DNA of 64,000 nt from Octopus vulgaris (taxonomy: Eukaryota): the NCBI GenBank assembly GCA_951406725.2, contig OX597817.1, forward strand, positions 103,540,001 through 103,604,000. Reading direction: 5' to 3'. Both the position numbers and the translations under genes were made by a program. The notes beneath the pieces were generated by a model. That model had not been told where the DNA came from. It searched no databases and saw only the letters and a list, made by a program, of their open reading frames with translations. Within the stretch, counting starts at the first letter, position 1. Every line of letters starts with the position of its first letter. Positions 39,072 through 52,470 of the stretch are shown one piece after another.

Positions 39072-39632
39072 TTTGGTTGAGAATAGAACAAAAATAAGGT
39101 TATATGTATAAATATACAATTACATTGATAGATAACATTTGAAAATGGTTTTGTTTCATTGGTCCTTTCAACTAATAGTCTTTTCAATAACCGGTTATAT
39201 GAAATTACAATTACGATATAAAATCATATTGTTATAAAAAAAATCGAAGAAAACCTTAAATCAAAAATTAGCTTTAGTAGAAAGAAAAAGCCTGTATACC
39301 CAGGGTAAATTAATTGATGGTAAAATAATTTTAATTTTAAATTAATTAAAAAGATAAGTCCTTTTAAACGTTTAAACCCAGTGTATACAGGATTTTTCCT
39401 TCTACTAAATCTAATTTTTGATTTAAGGTTTTCTTCGATTTTTATAATATGATTTTAAATCATAATTGTAATTTCATAAAACCGATTACTACAAAGACCG
39501 TTAATTGAAAGGACCAATGGAACAAAACTATTTTCAAATGTGTATCTATCAGTGTAATTGATAGATACACATTTGATAGATGCACATATAACCTTATTTT
39601 TGCTGCGTTCTCACACATATAACCTTATTTTG
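39072..39632. repeat. ~230-bp foldback (inverted repeat) upstream of the Naiad
   Basis: 39075-39305 matches the reverse complement of 39375-39612 (aaaataaggttatatg, aaatcgaagaaaaccttaaatcaaaaattag, cctgtatac), with a ~65-bp AT spacer. Confidence 0.9.
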
Positions 39633-39713
39633 TTAGATTAGATAAATTCGATCAGCTTTGGCCCAGGCCATGTCTAACTTAATAGCTCCACCTGGAAAAA
39701 ATGTATATATATT

Positions 39714-39819
<106 letters not shown>

Positions 39820-39829
39820 AGTGTATGTG

Positions 39830-40150
39830 TATGTAAAGAAGCACTCCGTCGGTTACGACAAGGGTTCCAGTTGATCTGGTCAACGGAACAGCCTGTTCGT
39901 GAAATTAACATACAAGTGGCTGAACACTGACACGTGTACCCTTAATGTAGTTGTCAGGGAGATTCAGTGTGACACAAAGTGTGACGAGGCTGACTCTTTG
40001 AAATACAGATACTACTAATTTTTCCAGCTGAGTGGACTGGAGTAACATGAAATAAAGTGTCTGCACAAGGACAAAACGCGTCGCCGCGAATTGAACTCAC
40101 GACCTTACGATCTTGAGCCGAATACCTTAAGCACGAAGCCACGCGCCTTC
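39830..40150 (-). mobile_element. tRNA-derived SINE (distinct body)
   Basis: Minus head gaaggcgcgtggcttcgtgcttaagg...gtaaggtcgtgagttcaattc (A/B-box-like), with a (CA)n tail. Confidence 0.75.
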
Positions 40151-40201
40151 ACACACATGCGCGCGCGCACGCACACAGACACGTATATATGTATGTATCA
40201 T

Positions 40202-41290
40202 TGGGGGTATCTGCAGAGGTCACCAGAGTCTCGGTTCTTCCTATTTCCAACAATGGAATGAAGCGGATATCAATGGGAGGAAGGCCACGATCCAGGCAGA
40301 AGTGCGAAACCAGGAGGAAGAAAGAAAGTCAAGAGCTGTAGAGTTGGTGTCTCAGTGTGGCTGAACTAAATGAGACCTCCCTAAGACGACGGACCTTTGG
40401 AGACTGGAACCTTTCCGCCTCTCCTTCTTGCTGCGGGTTGTGTATGACACGCTCCCAACACCAACAAACCTGCACAGATGGGCTTGATGGAAGACTAGCT
40501 GCGAAGACTTTGTAGAGAAAGGGGTACACTGGCACACATCTTGATAGGGTGCAGGATAGTACTTTCTTCAGGAGGATACAAGTTATGTCATGATAAGGTA
40601 CTTGCAAAACTCGCTCACATTCTGAAGCAGGAAGTACTCAAGACACATCATCATCAGGTGAACACAACAACAGCAATTAAGTTCGTAAAAGAAGGAGAGA
40701 GGCCAGTAAGGACAACAAGAAAGACACAAAGCTTGCAGCATGAATCCCAGTCATGGAATATGAAAGTGAACTTGGGGGAGAGACTGCAGTTTCCCTAGGT
40801 CGTCCATACAACTCTAAGGTCAGATGTGGTCCTGTGGTCTGAAAAGACCAAGAAAATGATCTTGACTGAGCTCACAGTACCGAGGGAAGAAGGGTGGGAT
40901 CAGCCCCACGAAGTGAAACGTGCCAAGCATGGGAGCCTTCTGTAGGATTGCAGGGAAAAGGGATGGCAGTTATAGTTTTTCCCCGTCACGGTTGGCGCAG
41001 GTGGTTCCCTACTCAATGGGCATGGGGACGCTTACAGTCATTGGAATGAGAGGAAAGGAGCAAAGGTTGGCTGTGTGCAGGATGGGAGAGGCAGCTTAGT
41101 TTAGTTGGAAGCCATGAAGTTTAGCCAGAGAAGTTTAGTTGGAAGCCATGAGGAGATGAGGAGCAGTGATTTGGCCACCACCGCTGAACTACCAACGGTG
41201 GGGTGTTACGGTTTAGTGTCGAAACACCCGGCGAATGTCGGACACTGTCTGATAACATCAGTTCCTCTTGGCCAAAATGCATCCTTTTAG
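40202..41290 (+). mobile_element. Hero-clade (R2 superfamily) non-LTR retrotransposon, 3' fragment
   Basis: LWRLEPFRLSFLLRVVYDTLPTPTNLHRW, LAHILIGC..HDKVLAKLA, IKFVKEGE, LRSDVVLWS..LTELTVP, FPVTVG (RLE endonuclease). Confidence 0.85.
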
Positions 41291-41409
41291 GTATTATTAA
41301 ATAAGTACTGGGGTCGATTCATTCGGTTAAAAATTCTTCATGGTGGTGCCCCAGCATGACCGCAGTCTAATGACAGAAAAAGTAAAATATTAAAGATAAA
41401 ATATTACTC

Positions 41410-41775
41410 TTGAGGGATATTCAAACTCATAGAAAACCCAGCAACACATGTTTCCTTAAAATACCCTATTTTAGCGAGAGGATAACTACATCCATCAGAA
41501 GAGCCATAAGAAGAGAAGGGCTAGACATACAACTAGCCCACTCCGGCCCCTCTCTGAGAAGACACCTCACTAAGAAACGAACAAGGGACAACAATCAATG
41601 TACACTAACAAACTGTCCCATCCGTGACACGCATTTATGCCAAAGGGTTTATGTTGTGTATAGAATACAATGGAACAAATACAAGTTCTATGCGGGTAGC
41701 ACAACAAGACCGTTGCACATCCGCATCAAAGAAGATCTGAACACGAGAGCTTCCTCCTTCAGAAACCATCTAGAC
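41410..41775 (+). mobile_element. PLE GIY-YIG endonuclease fragment with Cys-linker (Neptune-like)
   Basis: LKIPYFSE, CTLTNCPIRDTHLC, VVYRIQ..KFYAGSTTRPLHIRIKE. Confidence 0.85.
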
Positions 41776-41899
41776 GGATATGTAGTTAGGTAGCACTGCT
41801 TCTGCCGTAAGTTCCACCACATTTACTACATGCTATATAAACACCACTTAAGGCCATAAACACACATCCTCGTTGTTCATAAGGTAATTAAGGTGCTGT

Positions 41900-42520
41900 A
41901 TTTGTATTACTATTACGTGTGGGCTGATTCCCAAGTATGCATTTTCTTATGACTAGCCCAGAGTGCGCGAAATGTACACTAAATCCCTTCCTACAGGTCA
42001 CTTCATAGGATACATAAATGATTCTATCTTCAAAGTGTGGCAGTTTCGGTTCATTTGTTTAATCTTACGTACCGGATCTTAGTAGATCACTCTGCTGATC
42101 ATTGTTCCTGCTGAATAGTTTAAACTATCCGTGTCAAGGAGATGGTTTATAATAAATTATCCATTGTGTTTGTTACTAGCTGGTTTGATGGAAGGGTCGT
42201 GCTCATAGATTTCGCAAGTCATCGAAAACCGATGAGGTTGATATGTCATTAATGCTCCTCTTGGACTTCTGTAAGTGAATACTTGCAGGTAAGACATGAG
42301 CAGAGAGGAAATTTCAAGAGGACAGCGTTCTGAGAAAGGAAAGATGTAGTGATTAGTGCGAGCCTAGAAATGGTGAGGAGAAGAGAAACGAATGAGAAGA
42401 GAAATGCTTGAGTTGGGGTGGAATAAGTTCAGCCAACTCCGAGGAGGTTTGATTTGGTAGATTTGTTAATGGAGTTAAAGCTCAAAAGAGAACAGACGAA
42501 ATAAGAAGTGTCTTTAAATG
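41900..42520 (-). mobile_element. Possible decayed PLE N-terminal fragment
   Basis: NLLGVG..IPP and TIKPA..HLLDT relics. Confidence 0.35.
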
Positions 42521-43356
42521 ATACTTCTTAGAGTTGTATAGTTGAGTTTTTTTATCATCTCTTTATCTTATAGTGATATAATTGCTTATACTGTCTTAGT
42601 TTTGGTTTATTTTATTTACACATCGTGTCTCCGATATCACCGGTATGCTATTGAATGCTTTTTCATAAATGCATTTTATTCTAATTTTTTTCCTCTCCTT
42701 ATTGCCTTTAATAATTGAGTGGTTCGCTAATAACTGCTCTTTACAATCACGAATTCATTTACAATATCCCTTCTCAAATAAGTAACTGCTTTCTAGATTA
42801 AAAACATGCTTGAATGCAGAGCTACAGGTTTTGTACTTAGCATCATGTTACTCATCTGCAGTTTATTTTGTGGGAGCATCTCTTGGTGCTTTAATTCGTG
42901 GGAATGAATTGTTTTCTATGCTGTTTTGATATGTCGATTCTGATTAGTTTTAATAACAATTGAATGTTATAACTGCATAACACCAGCTAGTATAACTAAC
43001 ATTCATACATGTATGAATACTAGTAAGGCATTTCAGCGAGAAATAACGAATTTTGCCAATTGCAATAGCTTTCCAGTTGCCTTAAATCTGTACTGTGTTG
43101 GTTAGTTCCTCGTGAGTTATGCTGAGTCACGTTTGTCGTGCTATTACCGTTTTTTTTTTATCTTTCTCTTCTAATCCTATGTGCACTTTGATTGCACGGA
43201 ATGGTTTATTCATATTTTCTCCCAATGCGATTGAACTTCCTTTGATGTTGCTGTGTCATCATATATGTCATTCACTCACTCTTTCTCTTTCTTTCCCTCT
43301 CTCTCTGTCTCTCTGTTTGTCTGCCTATTTCTTTCTTTCTTTCTCTCTCTCTTTTT

Positions 43357-43420
<64 letters not shown>

Positions 43421-43449
43421 ACAGTTGCCAATGTCCCTATACAACTCTT

Positions 43450-43819
43450 TGAGCGTCGGACAAAAATGCTTAGAGGTATTTCTTCCTACCCTTCACTCTG
43501 AGTTCAAATTGCACGTAGATCAACTTTGCCTTTCATCCTTTCGGCTTTGCTAAAATAAAGAGCCAGTTAGGTACTGAGGTTGATGTGATCGACTAAAATC
43601 CATTCCCATAAACTTACTAGCCCTGTGCCAAAAATTTGAAACATTATGATTATTATTATTCCGCCGAGATCGACTTTGCCTTTCATCTTTTCGGGGTCAA
43701 TTAATTAAGTACCAGTGAAACACTGAGTTCGATAAACGACTAGTCCCCTCCTCCAAAATTTCAGGCCTTGTGCTTTTAGTAGAAAGGATTATTATTATCG
43801 TTGTTGTTGTTGTTGTTGC

Positions 43820-43891
<72 letters not shown>

Positions 43892-44280
43892 GGCGGTGAG
43901 GTGGCAGAATCGTCGGCATGCTAGACAAAATACTTAGCGGTATTTCGCCCGTCACTACGGTCTGAGTTCAAATTCCACTGAGGTCGATTTTGCCTTTCAT
44001 ACTTTTGGGGTCGATAAAAATTAAGTACCAGTGGAACAGTGGGTTCGATTTAATTGACACATTCCCCACACCAAAATGGCTGCCCTTGTGGCAAAATTTA
44101 AAACTATTATTATTACTATTGTTACTCTTATTATAAAAGGCGGTGAGGTGGCAGAATCGTTGGCACGCCGGGCAAAATGCTTAGCGGCATTTCGACCGTC
44201 TTACTATTCTGAGTTCAAATCCCGTAATCGACTTAGCAGTTCCCTCGATATTGCTGGCCTTGTGTCAAAATTTTAAATAT
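43450..44280 (+). mobile_element. Tandem cluster of four SINE family B copies separated by (TTA)n
   Basis: Copies at ~43450-43640, 43660-43790, 43890-44105 and 44137-44275. Confidence 0.85.
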
Positions 44281-44399
44281 TATTATTGGCATTATTAGAA
44301 AGACGGTTAGTAAGTTTGTTGTCTGATCTATAAAATTAGTTCGAAAAATTTCAGAAGTAATAAACATGGCAGTAAATTTGAAAGGCAGCGGGCAAAAAA

Positions 44400-47300
44400 T
44401 TTTTGAAGGAGGAGCTGTTTCCGTTTCAATTAAAACTATTTCCTAGACCTGATGTCCAGCGGGGAAGGAGGGCAGGTCATGTAGGATATGTAGCAGCAGT
44501 GGCAAAAGTGTATCGAACAATAAACAACAAAAGCAACTACAACCACAAAAATGAATGTCACAAAGGAAAATACAACTGTAGTTCTACCGACAGCAACACC
44601 GCTGTTGCCAACTCAACTGCGAGCAGCAAGTCTCTAATACCACAACCACCACCACCACCACAACTTCAGCTGTTGACAATGACGAGAGTAATAATACTGC
44701 CGCCTGCACCAACCCCATCATGCACAAACATGCTCACACAGTACCAATCATCTCCCTCACCTCCACCGACCATCGAGTTTGTCAGTACCGAAAGCAGCAA
44801 TAACAGCAAAAGCCACGGCTATGCAGAGCTGCAAACTGGGTCTTTTGGCAGTGCAGCGTGGATATCAGAAAGAAATGAAATACCAATGGAAGACATAATG
44901 CAAGCAAAAAAATTGTGAGGAAGTAAGGATGGAAAATCAGAAAATAGAGGAAATGAGGAGGCTGACAGTAACCTATTGATGCGTAGCTAACAACTTAAAA
45001 TACAGGCAGAAAGATCAACCCAAGTCTTAGTAGGAAGTTACCTGAAATCCGGATCAATATTAGGTTCCCCATTGAGATCGAGAAAAAATAATAATAGATA
45101 ATTAGCTAAATTAAAGATTTACTCGATAGCATTTCTAAAACAATGAGAAAATAATCCATATACCTACATATCTGAGTGATCGTGTGTTAAAATCAGAGTC
45201 ATAGATATGCCTCCAGAAATAAGCATTTGCTGGCTAATGAAGGCCGTTTTGGGAAACATTGAAAATGAGACAAAATATAAGAGGTACACAAGCAATATCT
45301 TGAGAACTGGTTGAAAATATGAAGGAATCTCTTGATCCATTTGGATCAAGAAAGAATTGGAGCTATGTCTAGCCTGATTATTTTGCCGGATTAAAGATTT
45401 CTTTCATGGTGGCAGAGAGCAAAATGCAAAGGTGCAACGTATGTGTTACTTTAAATCAGCAAGGACTTTCTATCTACAGTTAAGTCTCAAAGAAGGAAAG
45501 CCCTCACTGCTGCTGACATCTCCGAAATAACATCAAGAGCAGCATGCAACCACAACAGTAACAACAGCTATAATAACAAACAACAAGAACAAAGTCATCA
45601 TAAACAGCAGCAGAAGTAACAACAACAATAGCAGCACCACAACTAATAGCAGAGGCGCAGGAACCGCACTGACATCAACAATAACAGGACGTGTCACCCA
45701 CCAAAAAGTAAATTTCCTAATTTACTCACCCCCTCCACTCCACAACAAATTACGACACGAACACATATACGTGCAGAAACATCACTATTCTTTGTTTATG
45801 AACAAAGGAAAACAGACAAAGGAAAGTTAAAGGTCACCTAATGCAGAAAACTCTGAGGTTGAATGGAAAGTAGATTGACAACTAGTACCTACACGCATCT
45901 TTCCAGACGCTCAGCGTATGCAGATTAACTTTTTAATTAAACGTCAGACGGTGGAGACAATCGTCAACAACCTGTGCTACTGTTCTTTAAAGAAGGCAAG
46001 TTGAAAAGGTTCTTTAAGTTTTAGCTAGGTAGTAGCAGTAGAGCGAAATATTCAAAGGGTAAGTTTGTGAGTAAATTAGAAATGATTAGGAAAGACGTTG
46101 CGACCAACGTGCTTGCTGAAAGTTTGGCCTTCACTCATTTCTTCAACCTGAAACATAAATATTACATTGTTATAACTAAGGCACGTGCACTAGGAAACGA
46201 AGGAAAGAAAGACGTTCGAGGGATCAGAAGTGTGACAAATTTGCAATTCGGTGTTTGACGGTCTGGGACGAACGGGTGCCATTCGATTCCAAACAGCTGT
46301 GTGCGGTTTTATAGCGACGATTCCCTCGACTCTTCGGAGCGAGTAAGTGGGAAGGAGACGGTAGTGGACATTTGTGCCTACCTCGGCGGAAAATGCGGAG
46401 TGTTTCGGAAGGATGATAACAATAACTGAAATAATGACCGTATTAAGTGGTTGTAACTTAACTTTGATGAAAGCGGTCTTCAAAATTTTGGCCAAAGTGG
46501 TTGCTTCTTGTGGTAAAGAGTGTTGCCGGGAAAGCACAGACATGCGCAATTTATTTCATACATCAAAGAAAAGATAGATAGTAAAGCTAGCTTTGATAGG
46601 GCCCTTTGATCAATCGAAAATTTCTGGTAAGGTCAGATACTTGATGACTGTCCTCAAGACAGCCGGTTTCAGCCCTGTTTAAAGAGACTGGATGGTTGCA
46701 ATGCACAGCGACATTCGCTTACTGATCAGGGTAAATGCTCACTTACTGAAACTGTTTCGAATCCAGCATTCAGTACGTCAGAAGTGTTCTCTCTCACTTA
46801 TTCTGAGCGCATTAGTTTTCGAGCCACTATTGTAGAAACTGAAGGGTTTGTGAAGCATCCAGCTCTGACTGGTGAGCGGGAGAGCCGTATCACTATGTGC
46901 AAACAACGTCACTGTAATAGTGTCGGATACAACGAAAAGCAAGGTGATGGGGAGAAAGACTAACCTGAAAAGTCAGTGATCTTGCAGCTCAGCACCATGG
47001 AAAGGCAGTCCATGTCATCGGACGGAGTCGTAACGCACTAAACAGATGATTTGACTGAGAGGAGTTTGCAAGCAGGGTGACTAGTCTCAAACAGAAATAG
47101 ACTGAGAAAAGGCGGTCCATGACAGATGGAGAACCGAGACTTGGAAACAGCTTGCTTGTGTAAACGCAGTTATTCGAAAACTTCGCATACCAGATGCCAG
47201 TAGGTAGCAGGAGTCATCAGTAGAGAATGCGCACCGTTTCAGGGCCTCTGTTATATGTTACCAGTTGGTCATCTTATTTGGCACTAGTTCTTGTCTGACC

Positions 47301-48490
47301 GAACTGAGACATCGGTTATTTCGCTTTTTGTAGAAACGACGCGTTCCACTAGTCAGAAAGCTCATGTGCTGTTAACGCCAGCTAAATTGATAGTCCTGTA
47401 TGTTATGGCTATTGATATCCAGACATGTGTTGAGGAAGTGGAAGCTACGAAAACTCATTAAAGTAAATTAGAACAGATTTGACAATCTTTTCTCAGGCAT
47501 GTCTTTCCATAGTTTAGCTTCTCACCAGAAATGTAACTTTGAGTTATGTAGTGACCAAGATTGGGCACTTGGCATAGCATCCTGAAAGTTGTCAGGTGCT
47601 CACAGCCTTCTATAAGTCAAGCAGTGCAGTCGCTTGACCTTTCACGTTGGCGTTCTATAGAGTACTAGTTGGGTGGAAGATGACGTCTTCGAAGAAATTC
47701 AAGTCAGTGATAAAAATCTGCTAGCTAGTCCGGAGAACTTTTGGTCCCGAAACTGTAGATAACCTACAGAAGTCGCCGACATGACAGTGCTAACATAGTG
47801 AGGTGGTGAAAAGGGTATTGTGAGTTCGAAAGAAACTATAGGTACAGGAGTGTCGTTAGCCAAGTCTGTTCAAGATAGGTACAGAACGACGAAACCGTTC
47901 TGAAAACATTGCTAATTTGTGGCGTTTTGATGAACAGCTGTCGTCATGAAAGCTATGGATTTGACTATCAGCCGAGTCCATTGCAAAGATTTCTCTCACC
48001 ACCTTCCTTTAACTAGGAAACGTAAGCCATTTTCTTGTCTCGTAGAAATGGCAAAAGAAATTGTGTGGTGGGCTAAACTGAAAGAACTGAGATACATACT
48101 TACAACTTCCAGCAAGTACTCATCAACTTTTTCAAGTTTTACTTGAAGGCAAAGTAAGAAAAGACACGACAAAATTAACTCCAATTGATATAAATATCTC
48201 TCACCGCCTTCTACGTACTCTTTCTTTAGTTTGACAGAACGACCATAACACTGAGGAGACATCACAATGACAGACAGGACACCACAGTGGGGACAAAAAA
48301 CAAAACGAATGAAAATGAAAATGAAATGGCTGCATGGGCCCCACTCCCATGCGGTACCATTTGAACGTTTAAATACACTGTTCATGATCGTTCATTTTCC
48401 CTTTGTTTTTTCCTTATCATTTTTCTCTTTCTTTTTTATAATAAAACAATTTTACATTTTTCCTTTTTCCCCAAATAAAAGAATTTCTCA
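44400..48490 (+). mobile_element. Long decayed Tx1/L1-clade LINE (ORF1 + ORF2 relics)
   Basis: Low-complexity ORF1 with IRVIDMPPEISICWL. ORF2 relics ECFGRMITITEI, DQSK..YLMTVLKTAGF, VNAHL..SVRQKCSLSL..FEPLL, CANNVTVIVSD (YADD), CSR..DETV, AKEIVWW. The 3' end is aataaaagaat. Confidence 0.8.
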
Positions 48491-48509
48491 CATATCTTTC
48501 CTTTTCCTC

Positions 48510-48910
48510 CAGTAGTATAACCAATATCTTTGCTGCTGTCTCCTCCTTCTGCAACTCCTCCTTGAGCTCCTCTTCAAGCTCCTTTCCAATCTCTTTGTCA
48601 ATCAACATTTCACGTTCCTCTCTTCTTACTTTCTTCACAACCTCTTTCTCTACTTCTGTTTTCTTTTTTTGCCTCTCTGACGGAGAGCTTGCTCTTTCAC
48701 TCCTCTTTCTTCTTTTTACTATCGTGAATTCTTCTTCTGTTCTTGTCTCCTTTACCTCGACGTGTACCACTTGGTCCGCACTTTTCTGCTTCTCAGATTG
48801 TTCTCTCTGGGAGTACCTCGCCTTCATGTGGCCTTCCTCTCCACATGCGTAGCATATGGGCAGCCTATCCTCCACCATCACTCTAAGCCTTACATCCTCG
48901 GGCAGAAAGT
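48510..48910 (-). mobile_element. Tx1 ORF1 (gag-like zinc knuckle) fragment
   Basis: RVMVEDRLPICYACGEEGH followed by an E/K-rich coil. Confidence 0.7.
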
Positions 48911-48911
48911 T

Positions 48912-49678
48912 GTGAAATTTGTTTTTGTGATTACGTAATCTGCAATTTTTGTCATGGACAGGAAGCTGGTCCAAAGAGCGAACGTGAAATCTTGCGTTAA
49001 ACTTGAGAAAGTTTGCTACAGAGATATTGAACATGCTTTGGCAAGCTTACAACGACTAGGAAATGGATTGTACGCAATGTTTCGAGTGTCACGGGTGCTT
49101 CAAAAGGTATGACATAGCAACAGCTCAATCAAGATCATGCTCATCGTATTTACGACATCCGCGGTACTGTGCATCGAGAATTCGCCCCCCTCCAGGGCCA
49201 GACGATCAATCGAGAGTTCTACTACGATGTTTTGAAGCCTTTGAGGAAGGACATTCGGCGAAAGTGACCGGATCTGTGGTGCCCGAAGAATTGGATTCTT
49301 CATGACGACAATGCACCTACTTGTCACTGAGTTCTCCTCATTCATGAGTTTCTCGCCCAAAACAACATGATATCGCTTCTGCATCCGCCTTCTTCGCCAG
49401 ATTTGGCACCTGTGGACTTCCATCTTTTCCCCAAGCTGAAAATGCAGCTCAAAGGTCGCCGTTTTAATACAATGGTTGAGATCAAGCCAATCGGAGAAGA
49501 TCCTCGATTCGCTTACGGAAAACGACTTCCAAGCCAGATTCTAAAAGTGGTAAGAACGCTGGGACTGGTGTATTGCTGCGCAAGATGACTATGTCAATGG
49601 AGATGATGTTAACACTTAGGTAAATAAGTTATTTTTTATGAAGCATACCTAGTCCGGGAACTCTTTGATACCACCTCA
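48912..49678 (+). mobile_element. Internally deleted mariner (irritans-like), 5' TIR lost
   Basis: QRANVKSCVKL..ATEILNML, IKIMLIV..GQTINREFY, WILHDDNAP, HPPSSPDLAPVDFHLFPKLK. The 3' TIR is agtccgggaactctttgataccacctca|ta. Confidence 0.85.
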
Positions 49679-50779
49679 TATCAGTTACTACATTGGATGA
49701 CACAAACCCTAATGACGTTACAGTTGGTAATGATGCTGAGGGTATGGATCTGGGTTTTATATTATAAAATTTAGTTCTCAACGAGCGTCATCTATCTATG
49801 TATAACTGAAAAGCAACATATGAACTTTTAAGAGACTCAACTCCCTGGCGATTTTGCTTTGTCAAGTGGAAAAAAAAAAACCTTGGTAAAAGAAAGAAAA
49901 TGCTACCTCAAAAGACCAGATTCGAACCGCGAATTTAGTTTTATAAATATAGATTTGATTAATCTTTATTAAGCTTGGAATTAATCAAAACGTAATGCAA
50001 AGAGATAGTAATACTTTGAAAAAGATTTCTTTGGTAAAAGAAAGACAGCTTTTTTTCCTGTTAATTTATAGTTAAGTGTGGCATGAAAAAATAAAGAAAT
50101 TGAATGGGTTAATCATCAAGTTTCATTTTTTTAAAAACTTTTGTAATAAAATTTCTTTTTGTAACATTTTTTAAGAACATGTTTCTCTTTATCAAGCAAA
50201 AGAACGCTCTTCGATCTGATTAGAATTTGAATCAGGAAATTAAAAAAAGTCCACGTTAAGAAATGTCATTTGTTTCTCGTTTATGACCTTAAAATCCGAC
50301 ATTGGCCTTTCTAAAAAGCATAAAATCAATAACATTGATACTACATGCAGCAATTACATTAATTAATTTTTTCAGCCGCTTCATTTTCGTTTCCTTTCGA
50401 AAACCATTATTCTTTATGTTCAGGTATTTATTTATCCAGTTCATATATTACAGCACTGGAAGCTGCTCTGTCTTTCAAACTTTGCTGATTACACTGAACC
50501 GATAAGCTGTATTACTTACCTATGTAAAGAGTTTGGCAATAAACAAATAAGTAAATAAATGAATAAATAAACTTTTTTCTCTTTCAGCATGATAAATTTT
50601 CCTTGATAGTATATGCACAGTTGTTTTCTGCTCACAATTTAACTATTCAGTGAAGGAATCAATATCAATGTATTATAGAGTAATTTAATGTTCAGCAACA
50701 AATATTTTTTAACACTAGGAGATATTATCTGCGATTGGTATGTCAAAAAGCAGAGTTTTTTTTTATAGTTCATATTCAC

Positions 50780-50985
50780 TAAGGATCATTATAGTTTTGA
50801 GAGTGGGGGAATGCATAACAGATATACATTTCTTTCTTCATAAGATATTGACTGTGATTTGCGACAAAAATATAATACAAAGAGACTTTTAAGATGACAA
50901 AAATGCATTTCAGCCTTACAAGAGAAGCTATAACGATTATTTGTCTAGTTACTTTAAACCTTAGGATCAACGACACTTAACTGAA
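50780..50985 (-). pseudogene. Possible decayed Ig-like exon
   Basis: gattttcag acceptor, then TRQIIVIASLVRLKC ... KKEMYICYA. Confidence 0.25.
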
Positions 50986-51289
50986 AATCTAAGAAACATT
51001 ACATTGAAATAATCCTCAATACAAAACTGGAGAAGCATCTGCCTCAAAATTTAATCAAATCTACCATAAAGATATTTTGCATGTAATCTGATGAAAATTT
51101 TGAGAGGTGCCAACCTAAAACTGTAACATTGATAAGTAAGATCACCCTCAGTCATAACAATCAATGGATATTAAAATCTGGATGAAATCATCTTATATAA
51201 ACATAATACTACACACTTTGCGTAGATTTTCTAGTGATTCCTAAGATCAATATTTGTCTTGCAGTACAAAACCTCTGAAACATGTAAAA

Positions 51290-51510
51290 GACGGATTTTT
51301 ACAGAAGAACCAATTGGCAGAAGACCTCGGCGTAGACTAAGAACGAGATAGTTATATAATATCCTTAGTTTCAATTGGTCACACTTGGGAATCCAGCCGG
51401 AAAGTGTGGTGATGGCTGCTTCTGGTAGAAGCCTATGGAGGAAATGCTTAAGAACTCTACCCCAACAATCCTTCCAGGAAAAGTAAGCGGAAAAGATGGA
51501 TGGATGGATA
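51290..51510 (+). mobile_element. RTE-clade (Rex3/Expander-like) LINE 3' end
   Basis: WSHLGIQ..AASGRSLWRKCLRTLPQQ, then taagcggaaaagatggatggatgga (GATG)n tail. Confidence 0.7.
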
Positions 51511-51699
51511 AAAGCTGTGCTGGATTTGTCGTCCGTTACCGTAATTCTATTTATAGACATAACTGAAATGAAAAGTAAGGCCGTCCAGTTAGTATCTTTA
51601 TCGGAAATTTCACTATAAAGAATATCTTTGTATCCTTTTATCATTATATGTCAGATATCAATCAACAGAAATTATCTAAGGGCTATCATTGTTTTTGTC

Positions 51700-52050
51700 T
51701 ATATTTTACTTTTTACTTCACTCACTGGATTTCGGCCATGCTGGGGCACTGACTAAAAGAGTTTAGTCGAACAATCGGCTCCAGCACTTATTTTAAAGTC
51801 TGATACTTATTATATCCGGCTCTTTTATCAAACCGCTAGGCTACTGCGACGTAATAAAACCAACACCGGTTGGCAAGTGGTGGTGATGAGGGAAACATAA
51901 GTAAACGCATACACATCCACACATATACACATATACATACATATATATACCTATTTATACACATACACACACGATGGACTAGCGTGTATTGGGACCGAAC
52001 CGAAACGGTTGCTAAAGTGAGCTTCTTAATCATACAACTATGCCTGTTCT
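51700..52050 (-). mobile_element. SINE family A copy (diverged)
   Basis: cggccatgctggggcac...aaaccaacaccggttg...gagcttcttaatcataca. Confidence 0.75.
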
Positions 52051-52299
52051 TGGGCTAGAGAAGATAAATTTATTTCCAATAGTTTCCACACATTCTAACA
52101 TTAAAAAAAAACTCTTATAGTTAAAGGAGGCGCATTAATGAAGAATGAACTCAAATTCCATTCACCAATGTTGTAGTTCCAATTATAGATAACAAATTTC
52201 CATCTGTCAGTGAGTCGGTAAAGCAAGGTAAATGCTTTGGATTCCTTATTCAAATTTAGAAGTACATCATAAAAAAGTAATCCTTTCTTCAGTAGATAC

Positions 52300-52470
52300 A
52301 AGGTCTGAAATTTCGGGAGAGGAGCTAGTCGATTACATCGACTGGTACTTACGTCATCAATCCCGAAAGATTGAAAGGCAAAGTCGGCCTTGGCGGAATT
52401 TGAACTGAGAAAGTAAAGATGGACGAAATGCCGATAAGCATCCTAACGATTCTGCCAGCTCACCGCCGTT
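52300..52470 (-). mobile_element. SINE family B copy
   Basis: gaaaggcaaagtcggccttggcggaatttgaact...ctaacgattctgccagctcaccgcc. Confidence 0.85.

Noticed and set aside
41215-41262. Type II hammerhead in the Hero 3'UTR (cgaaac...gtc...ctgataa)
   Set aside because: The core reads CTGATAA, stem I cannot form with a viable loop, and stem II is unsupported.
44403-44918. 171-aa Pro/Thr-rich ORF as a host gene
   Set aside because: It lies at the 5' end of a colinear Tx1 relic and is best read as low-complexity ORF1.
48417-49034. 205-aa zinc-knuckle ORF as an intact gene
   Set aside because: It is a chimera of antisense mariner sequence, a Tx1 ORF1 fragment and an antisense Tx1 tail.
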